Of a DNA stretch of 64,000 nucleotides, positions 40,273-48,469 are shown one piece after another; the first letter of the stretch is position 1; every line of letters begins with the position of its first letter. The notes beneath the pieces are model-generated. The model saw only the letters and a program-made list of their open reading frames with translations, was not told where the DNA came from and searched no databases. This DNA comes from Burkholderiales bacterium (GTDB lineage: Bacteria > Pseudomonadota > Gammaproteobacteria > Burkholderiales > SG8-41). The translations under genes and the position numbers were made by a program. The stretch lies in the NCBI GenBank assembly GCA_022841375.1, contig JALHRQ010000016.1, forward strand, positions 2,166 through 66,165. The letters are read 5' to 3'.

Positions 40273-41250
40273 TTACGGTCCCACCTTGCCAACCACTTTG
40301 ACCACTGCTGCCAGACGTTTGGCGTCGGCATCGACGTATTTCGCGAAGTCCGGCGCGTCTAGATAGTTGATCGGGGAATTCACCTTCGCCATCTGGTTCT
40401 TGAATTCGGGATCATTCACCGCCTGGCGCACACCGTCACGTAAAACCTTGATTACAGATTCGGGTGTGGCCACCGGCGCAAACAGCCCGGCCCAGATGTA
40501 ATAAACGATATCGTAGCCCTGCTCCTTGAAAGTCGGCACCTCTTTGTAATTCGGGTGCCGCTCCGCACCCCAGGTCACGATGGGGCGCAGCTTGCCGGCC
40601 TTGACATGGGAAGTAATTGCCGCCGGGCCACCCGCGCTCATGGTGACATGGCCGCCGAGCAATTGCGTCAGCGCCGGGCCGCCGCCGGTAGTCGGCACAT
40701 GGCGCATTTTCAGTTGGGCGGCATGCAAAAACATTTCCATCGGCATGTGCAGCGCACCGTAAACACCGGAAGTTGAATACGACAGTTCACCGGGCTGCTT
40801 GCGTGACAGCGCAATGACTTCCTTCAGGGTTTTCACCGGTAGCGACGGATGCACGACCAGGATCACCGGATCTGCGGAGATCAGCGCAATCGGCGCCAGC
40901 TGATCCAGCGTGTAGGCCGGCTTGCGGTTGAACAGCTTGTCAGCCTCGGGAATCACAGTAATGCTCGACAGCGCCATCAGCAGCGTATATCCATCGGGCT
41001 TGGCATTGGCTACCGCGGCATTGCCAATCGCACCGCCCGCGCCGGGGCGATTCGAAATCGACACCGGCTGCTTGAATACTTTTTCCAGCGCAATCGCCGT
41101 CGGGCGGCCGGTAACGTCGGCCACGCCGCCCGGCGGAAACGGCACCACCATTGATATCGCACGGCCCGGAAAAGTTTCCTGAGCCTGTACGGCAACACAT
41201 GCCACTGCGGCCATGACTGCAAACACGCTGCGTTTCACGATGTTTTTCAT
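40273..41250 (-). CDS. tctC: TctC/Bug substrate-binding protein
   Basis: FPGRAISMVVPFPPGGVAD; directly upstream of tctBA; RBS GAGGAGG. Confidence 0.9.
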   Translation of the reverse strand: MKNIVKRSVFAVMAAVACVAVQAQETFPGRAISMVVPFPPGGVADVTGRPTAIALEKVFKQPVSISNRPGAGGAIGNAAVANAKPDGYTLLMALSSITVIPEADKLFNRKPAYTLDQLAPIALISADPVILVVHPSLPVKTLKEVIALSRKQPGELSYSTSGVYGALHMPMEMFLHAAQLKMRHVPTTGGGPALTQLLGGHVTMSAGGPAAITSHVKAGKLRPIVTWGAERHPNYKEVPTFKEQGYDIVYYIWAGLFAPVATPESVIKVLRDGVRQAVNDPEFKNQMAKVNSPINYLDAPDFAKYVDADAKRLAAVVKVVGKVGP

Positions 41251-41285
41251 ATTGTCATCCTCCTCGTCATTGAACCTGCAACGGA

Positions 41286-42236
41286 TCAGGCAGCGATCAC
41301 CCGATTGACCAGACGTCCCACACCCTTGATTTCGCAAACCACTTCGTCGCCCGGCTGCAGATAACCTGTAGCCGTCACCACGTCCTTGCGCATCGGCTTC
41401 CTGCCGCCGAGCTCCGTATCACTGCCCCAGGCGGTGCCGCCGGGCGTGCCGGTCGAAATGATCACACCGGGCTGCAGTGTGACAAATGTCGAAAAAAATT
41501 CGACCAGCTGTGCGCAGGTCCAGATCATCTTGCCGGTGGTATTGCTCTGGCGCAGCTCACCGTTCACATAAGTGCGCAGTTCCAGCGCCTGCGGATCACG
41601 GATTTCGTCGGCAGTGACAATCGCCGGACCGATCGGCGCGCAGGTGTCGAAATTTTTTCCAGGGCCGAGGTTGTAAACCGATGAACCGTCCGGACGCAGC
41701 GTGACCTGGCGGTCGCGCGCGGTGACGTCGTTCATCACCGAATAACCGTAGATATGCTGATGCGCGCGAGCCGCCGGGATATGCCGGCCGGGCTTGCCGA
41801 TGATGATCAGCATTTCGGTTTCGTAATCGAGCTTGTTGGTCACCCGTTCATCACGCACGATATCGTCACCGTGGCCGATGACCCCCAGCCCGGTTTTCAG
41901 GAAAAACTCCGGATCCTTGCGCGTGACTTCGGGTTTTTCTTCGCGATGATCCCAGTAGTTCTCACCGCTGCACAGGATCAGCGACGGTGCGATCGGCGCG
42001 CGCAGCCGGGTTTTGGCCAGCGGCGTGCGCGCTGCAGTCCCAGCGCCCATCACCGCAGCGCGGGTTGCAGCCAGCCCGGCATCCCCCGCCGCGATCAACA
42101 GGGTCATGTCGGAAAAAGCCGCCAGCATGCCGGGGGCGGTGCCGTAGGGCGCCGCATCCAGCAAATCAACCACATCGTTGCCATCCAGCGCGCCGAGCCG
42201 CAGCGCGCCATTGCGTTCGTAACGGACGAATTGCAT
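41286..42236 (-). CDS. Fumarylacetoacetate hydrolase family protein
   Basis: GENY, LDYETE, NDVTARD, GKNFDT and TGTPGG. Confidence 0.92.
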   Translation of the reverse strand: MQFVRYERNGALRLGALDGNDVVDLLDAAPYGTAPGMLAAFSDMTLLIAAGDAGLAATRAAVMGAGTAARTPLAKTRLRAPIAPSLILCSGENYWDHREEKPEVTRKDPEFFLKTGLGVIGHGDDIVRDERVTNKLDYETEMLIIIGKPGRHIPAARAHQHIYGYSVMNDVTARDRQVTLRPDGSSVYNLGPGKNFDTCAPIGPAIVTADEIRDPQALELRTYVNGELRQSNTTGKMIWTCAQLVEFFSTFVTLQPGVIISTGTPGGTAWGSDTELGGRKPMRKDVVTATGYLQPGDEVVCEIKGVGRLVNRVIAA

Positions 42237-43123
42237 CAGGACACCGGATTTTCCAGCGTGCCGATCGGCTCGATGGTGATGGCGACATGGTCGCCGGGTT
42301 TGAGGTATTTCGGCGGATTGAAGCCGATGCCGACGCCGGCGCAGGTGCCAGTGGCGATCAGGTCGCCCGGCTCCAGCGTCATCACCCGCGACAGATCCTC
42401 GATCAGTCGCGGAATATCGAAAATCAACTGACTGACAAAGGCGCTCTGCCGCACCTCGCCATTAACCTTGGTGATCAGCTTGAGCTGGGTCACATCCTTG
42501 ATTTCGTCGGAGGTGACGATGCACGGTCCCATAGGGCAAAAACCGTCAAGGCTCTTGCCCAGGAACCACTGCTTGTGGCGGTTCTGCAGCGTGCGCGCGG
42601 TGACGTCGTTGATGATGGTGTAACCGTAGACATGTTTGTAGGCGTTTTTCTGAGAGATATTGCGGCCGCCCTCGCCGATGACCACCGTCAGTTCGCCTTC
42701 GTAGTCGACAGAATTGGTGTAGTCGTTGGCGCTGGGGATGGGTTCACCGGTCGCAATCACCGAATTCGGCCATTTGGTGAACATGATCGGCACGTCCGGA
42801 ATCGCATCCTTGCCGGCGCTCGCGTCAAAGCCACTGTTGTGAAACTCCCTGGCGTGGTCGTGATAATTCTTGCCGACGCAGAGGATGTTTTTTGCCGGGC
42901 GGGGAAACGGCGCCAGCAGCTTTACGCTGCCTGCAGGAATCCGGCCCTCGCCGCTTTTCACTGCCTTGCGCGCACGCGACAGGCCTTTTTTGCCCAGCGC
43001 AACAAACGCCGTCATTTCCTTGGGCAGCCGCGTCGATGCCGACAGATCGATGATGGTGTTCGATTCCTGATCATGCACGCCGATACGCGCTCCCCGGGCA
43101 TCGGAAAAAGTAACCAAACGCAT
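42236..43123 (-). CDS. Fumarylacetoacetate hydrolase family protein
   Basis: GKNY, VDYEGEL, NDVTAR, GKSLD and ATGTCAG. Confidence 0.92.
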   Translation of the reverse strand: MRLVTFSDARGARIGVHDQESNTIIDLSASTRLPKEMTAFVALGKKGLSRARKAVKSGEGRIPAGSVKLLAPFPRPAKNILCVGKNYHDHAREFHNSGFDASAGKDAIPDVPIMFTKWPNSVIATGEPIPSANDYTNSVDYEGELTVVIGEGGRNISQKNAYKHVYGYTIINDVTARTLQNRHKQWFLGKSLDGFCPMGPCIVTSDEIKDVTQLKLITKVNGEVRQSAFVSQLIFDIPRLIEDLSRVMTLEPGDLIATGTCAGVGIGFNPPKYLKPGDHVAITIEPIGTLENPVS

Positions 43124-43188
43124 TCCGTTCACTCCTCGTTTGAAAAAATAAAATCCGCCATCGCCGGGACGGCGGAATCAGCTCACCG

Positions 43189-44163
43189 TCAGTCGGGCTT
43201 GGCGCCGGAGACTTTGACCACATGCGCCCACTTGGCGATGTCCTGGTTCAGATACTTTTCAAACTCCGCCACTGACATCACCATCGCCTCGGCGCCCTGC
43301 TTTTGCCAGTTGGCGGCGGTATCTGCGCGCGTGGTGATTTTGCCGATCTCCCCGTTCAGGCGATCGAGGATGGGCCGCGGGGTCTGCGCCGGCGCCATCA
43401 CACCGAGCCAGATCGTCGCCTCATAACCTTTGACGCCCGCCTCCGCAACCGTCGGCAGTTCCGGTGTGACCTTGGAGCGTTTCTGCCCCGTCGTGGCCAG
43501 CGCGCGCACCTTGCCTGCGCGGGCATGCGTGGTCATTGTCGTCACCGCATCGAACATCATTTCGACCTGGCCGCTCAGTACACTGGTACGCGCCTCGCCG
43601 CTGCCTTTGTGCGGCACATGCACGATATCGGCCTTGATCAACGATTTGAAATATTCGCCGGCCATGTGATACGGCGTGCCGTTGCCCGAGGACGCATAGT
43701 TGAGCCCCTTGTCCTTGGCTTTGGCGAGTTTGACCAGTTCGCCGACGCTGCGCACCGGAAGCGAGGGGTGGACAACCAGGATCAGGTCGGAATAATTGAT
43801 CGGTGCCACCGGCGCAAAATCCTTCATCAGCGTGAAGGGCTTTTTAGGGATCAGCGATTCGTTGACGGTGTGCGTGTTCGACATCAGCAGCAGCGTGTAG
43901 CCGTCGGCCGGCGACTTGGCGACAACATCGGTGCCGATGATCGAACCGGCGCCGGGACGGTTTTCGATGATGACGTTCTGCCCCAGCGGCTGCTGCAGTT
44001 GCTGGGCGAGGAACCGCGCGTAAACGTCTGCAGGACCGCCTGCACCGAAAGGCACGATGACACGCACCGGTTTCACCGGGTAACTTTGGGCCTGCACCAG
44101 GCCGGCCAGGGCCGCCACAACTGTCAATGCAACACCACGCCACGCCATTTGCAGGACACGCAT
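43189..44163 (-). CDS. Bug/TctC family substrate-binding protein
   Basis: YPVKPVRVIVPFGAGGPAD and HVPHKGSG; RBS GAGGAG. Confidence 0.93.
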   Translation of the reverse strand: MRVLQMAWRGVALTVVAALAGLVQAQSYPVKPVRVIVPFGAGGPADVYARFLAQQLQQPLGQNVIIENRPGAGSIIGTDVVAKSPADGYTLLLMSNTHTVNESLIPKKPFTLMKDFAPVAPINYSDLILVVHPSLPVRSVGELVKLAKAKDKGLNYASSGNGTPYHMAGEYFKSLIKADIVHVPHKGSGEARTSVLSGQVEMMFDAVTTMTTHARAGKVRALATTGQKRSKVTPELPTVAEAGVKGYEATIWLGVMAPAQTPRPILDRLNGEIGKITTRADTAANWQKQGAEAMVMSVAEFEKYLNQDIAKWAHVVKVSGAKPD

Positions 44164-44434
44164 AATCATCTCCTCACGGGTTCGAACAGGACCTGGAATG
44201 CACGCGCTGCGGCAAGCGCCGGCGATGCACGATTTATTGCACATATTGTAACCCAGCAGATGCCTGGCACCCCGATCCCAAAAGGGTTTAAAACGACATT
44301 TGGCGGCGGCCCGGCGTTGCCGGACGACCCTTCTGCTAGACTCGAATGCGAACCACGGAAAATCGGATTTCCGCAGTGAATTCAAACCTTGTCAGCGCTA
44401 CCCGCCGCAACCGGTGCAGCGCGGTGGCGAAAAC

Positions 44435-45751
44435 ATGAGCGTGCCTGCTCCCCATCCGCACTGGCTAACCCGGATCGTTGCTGTGCGGCCCGAAGAAGTT
44501 CGCGCGCTGCTGTGGTCTTTCGCCTATTTTTTCTTTCTGCTGGCGGCTTATTACGTACTGCGCCCGGTGCGCGACGAAATGGGCATCGCCGGCGGCGTCA
44601 AAAATCTGCCCTGGCTGTTCACCGCCACTTTCATCGTCATGCTCGCCGTGGTGCCGGTGTTTGGCGCCATGGTCGCACGCATCCCGCGCCGCCGTTTCAT
44701 TCCACTGGTCTATCATTTTTTTGTCGCCAACATCCTGATCTTCTGGCTGCTGCTGACTTTCAAAGTGGCGATGGCGGATACCGCAAAAATGTTTTTTGTG
44801 TGGATCAGCGTATTCAATCTGTTTGCGGTATCGGTATTCTGGTCGTTCATGTCCGACCTCTATGCGTCGGAACAGGGTAAACGCCTGTTCGGCTTCATCG
44901 CCGCCGGCGGCTCCGCCGGCGCGCTGCTCGGCCCCTCCATCGCGGTATGGCTGGCTGAACCCATCGGCCGCGCCAATTTGCTGCTGATCGCGGCGCTGCT
45001 GCTGGAATTTGCGGTGATATGCGCAATGCGCCTCGAATCCGCCGCGACCACGCTGAAAGACGGCAGCGCCGTGGCTGCAGCAAGCGTCGGCCAGTGCGAA
45101 TCCGTGCTCGGCGGCAGTTGGATCGCCGGACTGGCGATGGTGGCGCGCTCCCCCTATCTCGCGGGCATCGCGCTTTGGGTGGCCCTGTTGTCGCTGTCCG
45201 GAACCTTCCTGTATTTCCAGCAGGCCAACATCGTCGCCGCCCTGACCGACGACCCCAACAAACGCACCGCGCTGTTTGCGCAAATCGATCTTGCGGTGAG
45301 CCTGCTCACCATCGTCGTGCAGTTCCTCGCCACCGGCAAGCTGATCCGCCGTTTCGGCGCCGGCCCTGCCGCCGCGTTCCTGCCGTTGGTGTTTGCGCTG
45401 GGTTTTCTGACGCTGGCGCTGACGCCGATGCTGTGGGTGGTCATTGCCTTCCAGGCGACGCAGCGCGCCGCCAACTTCGCCATCTCCAACCCGGCGCGCG
45501 AAGTGCTGTTCACCGTGGTCGATCGCGAAGAAAAATACAAGGCCAAATACGTGATCGATAACGTGGTATTCCGCGGCGGCGATGCCGCCAGCGGCTGGCT
45601 GTTCCATGCGCTGCGCGGCCTCGGCATGGAACTCCATGCGATCGCGGCAGCCACAGTGCCGGTGGCCATCGGCTGGCTGGTACTGGCGCTGACGCTGGGC
45701 CGCAGCCACGAAAAACGTACAGCTGACACTCCACAACACAAATCACAATAA
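44435..45751 (+). CDS. MFS-fold transporter of the ATP/ADP antiporter (AAA/NTT)-like family
   Basis: YYVLRPVRD, SVFWSFM.D....QGKRLFG.I and EKYKAK.VID..V.RGGD are typical of NTT-like proteins. Confidence 0.82.
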   Translation: MSVPAPHPHWLTRIVAVRPEEVRALLWSFAYFFFLLAAYYVLRPVRDEMGIAGGVKNLPWLFTATFIVMLAVVPVFGAMVARIPRRRFIPLVYHFFVANILIFWLLLTFKVAMADTAKMFFVWISVFNLFAVSVFWSFMSDLYASEQGKRLFGFIAAGGSAGALLGPSIAVWLAEPIGRANLLLIAALLLEFAVICAMRLESAATTLKDGSAVAAASVGQCESVLGGSWIAGLAMVARSPYLAGIALWVALLSLSGTFLYFQQANIVAALTDDPNKRTALFAQIDLAVSLLTIVVQFLATGKLIRRFGAGPAAAFLPLVFALGFLTLALTPMLWVVIAFQATQRAANFAISNPAREVLFTVVDREEKYKAKYVIDNVVFRGGDAASGWLFHALRGLGMELHAIAAATVPVAIGWLVLALTLGRSHEKRTADTPQHKSQ

Positions 45752-45760
45752 GATAAAATA

Positions 45761-46720
45761 ATGAATAAAATCAATGGCTTATTCACAAGACGCGAGATGT
45801 TGGCGCTGTGCGGAGGTCTGGCCATGGGCACACTGCCCGGCATGACGCTGGCGCAAGCAGCCTCCAAACCGCTGATCGCCCGTGCAATACCAAAGACCAA
45901 AGAAATGCTGCCGGTGATCGGCCTCGGCACCGCGATCATTTTTGATATTCACAACGACGCCGCGCAACGCGCCGAGCGCGCCAAGGTCATCAACTCGTTT
46001 CTCGCCGGCGGCGCGCGATTGATTGACACGGCGCCATCCTACGGTTCTGCCGAGTCTGTGGTCGGTGATCTGCTCGCCGAACTGAAAATACGCGACCAGT
46101 TGTTCCTCGCCACCAAGGTACGTTCCAACGACAACGCCGCATTCGTCGCGCAGATGAAGGAATCGCAACAGCGGCTGCGCACACCGAAGTTTGATTTAAT
46201 GCAGATGCACAACGTCGGCTTCCTCGACCGCGCGATGGTGGCCTCGCAGATCGCCATCGTGCGCGAGTGGAAGCAGCAAGGCGTGTTCCGCTACATCGGC
46301 GTTACCCACTCCCAGGATCAGGAACGCGCCAATGACCGGCTGGTCGAGATCATGCAGCAGGAAAAAATCGATTTCATCCAGGTGAACTATTCACTGGCTG
46401 AACGCAGCGTCGAACAACGCCTGCTCGCCGCCGCAAGCGACACCGGCACCGCTGTGCTGTGCAATCTGCCGTTCGCGCGCAACCGCCTGTTCGGCGCCGT
46501 GCGCGGCAAAACGCTGCCCGACTGGGCCAAAGAATTCGGCGCCGTGACCTGGGGCCAGTTTTTCCTGAAGTATTTGCTGGGCCACACCGCCGTCAATGCG
46601 GTGATTCCCGGCACCGACAAGGTCGAATACATGCTCGACAATCTCGACGCCGGGCGCGGGCAGCTGCCGGATGCGGCAATGCGTAAGCGCATGGCGGCGC
46701 ATATCGATGCGTTGCTCTGA
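45761..46720 (+). CDS. Aldo/keto reductase with twin-arginine (Tat) leader
   Basis: TRREML + hydrophobic stretch + AQA; IGLGT, DTAPSYG, ATKV, MHN and VIPGT. Confidence 0.9.
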   Translation: MNKINGLFTRREMLALCGGLAMGTLPGMTLAQAASKPLIARAIPKTKEMLPVIGLGTAIIFDIHNDAAQRAERAKVINSFLAGGARLIDTAPSYGSAESVVGDLLAELKIRDQLFLATKVRSNDNAAFVAQMKESQQRLRTPKFDLMQMHNVGFLDRAMVASQIAIVREWKQQGVFRYIGVTHSQDQERANDRLVEIMQQEKIDFIQVNYSLAERSVEQRLLAAASDTGTAVLCNLPFARNRLFGAVRGKTLPDWAKEFGAVTWGQFFLKYLLGHTAVNAVIPGTDKVEYMLDNLDAGRGQLPDAAMRKRMAAHIDALL

Positions 46721-46726
46721 TGGATC

Positions 46727-46843
46727 GTGAGGGGTCAGGAGGCAGGGGTTAAAAGCGCCGGCACGACGTCACCCATTTCTCACTCCAACCCGTGACGCCT
46801 AACTCCTGACCCCTAACTTCTGCCCCCTAACTCCTGCCCCCTC
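46727..46843. repeat. Heptamer-based tandem repeats in inverted arrangement
   Basis: GTGAGGG-GTCAGGA-GGCAGGG (46727-46747) and three 14-bp units CCTAACTCCTGACC/CCTAACTTCTGCCC/CCTAACTCCTGCCC (46798-46839). GGGGTCAGGAG is the reverse complement of CTCCTGACCCC. Confidence 0.75.
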
Positions 46844-47858
46844 ACCCCAACCTCACCGGCCGGATCGCCACGCCGTCATCAGTAATGCGGCGGTTCAGCA
46901 GATTGACGCAGGCGGCAACCACCGCCAATGACGGCGTTGGCACCCCGGTCATCTGACCGAGTTCAAGCACTGCATTGATGATGGCATCCATCTCCAGCGT
47001 ACGACCGGCGCGCACGTCCTGCAGCGTCGAAGTCGGCAATGACGCACGCTTGGCCGCATCGGCCACCCGTGCCTCGACGTCGACATCGATTTTGGTGCCC
47101 ACGGCATTGGCCACCGCCATCACTTCGCGCATCATTGCCAACGCCAGCGGCTGCGAGCCGGAAAACTCCGCCACTTCGCGAGCGGTCGACTGCGTAATCG
47201 CGCCCAGCGGGTTCCATACCGCGTTCGACAGCAGCTTGGTCCATTTGACCAGGCGCACATCATTCGACACCTTGCCGGTCCACCCGGCGCGGGTTGCAAC
47301 GTCGGCAATCGCCTGAACGCGCGGCGTCACCGAGTTGTCGATTTCACCGATGACCAGCGCATCGGTTTCGGCATCGGGCAGACGGATATGGCCGGGCGCA
47401 ACGAGGTCCGCCGGTTTCAGCGCGGTGCCGCCGATGATCATCTGCGGCTCGAAAGTACGCATCAGCACGCCATCGGGATCCAGCGTTTTTAATTGCGCGT
47501 CCTTGAATTTCGACGGCACACCCTGGAAATACCACCAGGGAATGCCGTTCTGCGGAAATACCAGCACGCCATCCTTGGCCACAAGGCCGCGCAGATGCTG
47601 CGCGACCGGCGCGATCTGCTGCGATTTCAATGTCACAAAGATGACGTCGTACGGCCCCTTCTCCTCGCCCGGCTTGCACACACGCACCTTGATCGGATCC
47701 GGCATGCCGCTGCGCGGGCCTTCGAGGATCAGACCGCTTGTCGCCATGGCGTCGTACTGCGCGCCCCGCGCCACCAGCGTCACATCCTCGCCGGTGACCG
47801 TCAGCCTGCCGCCAAAAAAACCGCCAATGGCGCCAGCGCCATAAACCAGAATCTTCAT
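46842..47858 (-). CDS. Ketopantoate reductase (PanE/ApbA) family oxidoreductase
   Basis: GAGAIGG, QNGIPWWYF, KWTKL..N and STLQD..GR.LE. Confidence 0.9.
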   Translation of the reverse strand: MKILVYGAGAIGGFFGGRLTVTGEDVTLVARGAQYDAMATSGLILEGPRSGMPDPIKVRVCKPGEEKGPYDVIFVTLKSQQIAPVAQHLRGLVAKDGVLVFPQNGIPWWYFQGVPSKFKDAQLKTLDPDGVLMRTFEPQMIIGGTALKPADLVAPGHIRLPDAETDALVIGEIDNSVTPRVQAIADVATRAGWTGKVSNDVRLVKWTKLLSNAVWNPLGAITQSTAREVAEFSGSQPLALAMMREVMAVANAVGTKIDVDVEARVADAAKRASLPTSTLQDVRAGRTLEMDAIINAVLELGQMTGVPTPSLAVVAACVNLLNRRITDDGVAIRPVRLG

Positions 47859-47932
47859 TGTTGTTCCCGTGTTGAATTGCAGAAGCCAATGGCAGATGGC
47901 CATCGACGGTTTATCGTAACCAATTGTTTTTA

Positions 47933-48469
47933 TTAATTAATTTTGTTGCCTGCAGTCAGGCATGCCAGTGCCTTGTCGATGATTGCATCCGCGACTGCAG
48001 CCAGTTCATCCGCGGTACGGTTCTGCACCGGGTGCGGAACATACACCACCGCCGGCTCGAAACCCAGCGCCCGGCTCTGCACCGCCACGGCATCACGAAA
48101 TTCGGTGGTCACGATCGACACCCCGGGAAGTCCGCGCTGATCGAAGGTCATCAGGTCGTGCAGACTGCACGACGTGCATGACCCTCAATCCGACAAGCCG
48201 ATCAATACGACATCGGCTTCATCGACAACCTTGTCGACAATTTCACGCGAGGCGACCTTGGCATTGGTCGGCTTGCCGAAGCGCTTTGATTTGATGCCGC
48301 GTTCGGTCAGGCGCTTTTCGACCTGGTTCAGGAATTCATCGCTGCGCGTCTTGCCGATGTCGAACAGTCCTACAGTCAGTCCGTCGAGCGACTGCGGCGG
48401 CGCGCGCCGCGCGCGCATCACCGCTTCGGTTTCCGCGGTCGGATCTCGCAGCCAGTTCATCGTATTCAT
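47933..48469 (-). CDS. UGSC-family selenoprotein (178 aa, Sec95 from in-frame UGA at 48185-48187)
   Basis: ORFs 48185-48469 and 47933-48151 are in frame. Read-through gives ...VLIGLSD-U-GSCTSCSLHDLMTFDQRGLPGVSIVTTEF...; a SECIS-like hairpin follows the UGA. Confidence 0.88.
48146..48183 (-). promoter_or_regulatory. Candidate bacterial SECIS element
   Basis: mRNA: UGA G GGUCAU gcac GUCGUGCA guc UGCACGAC cug AUGACC. It has a 6-bp lower stem, an internal loop and an 8-bp perfect upper stem separated from the UGA by 11 nt, with G in the apical loop. Confidence 0.8.

Noticed and set aside
41987..43426. Long antisense or alternative-frame ORFs (for example 41987-43426, 54316-55617, 30505-31728)
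   Set aside because: They are shadows of well-supported genes in high-GC sequence.
46798..46839. Tandem repeats as a CRISPR array
   Set aside because: The units are 14 bp and contiguous, with no spacers and no cas genes.
48466..48468. A further TGA at the end of the 480-aa gene as a third Sec codon
   Set aside because: It overlaps the next gene's ATG in a different frame (ATGA coupling), so it is an ordinary stop.
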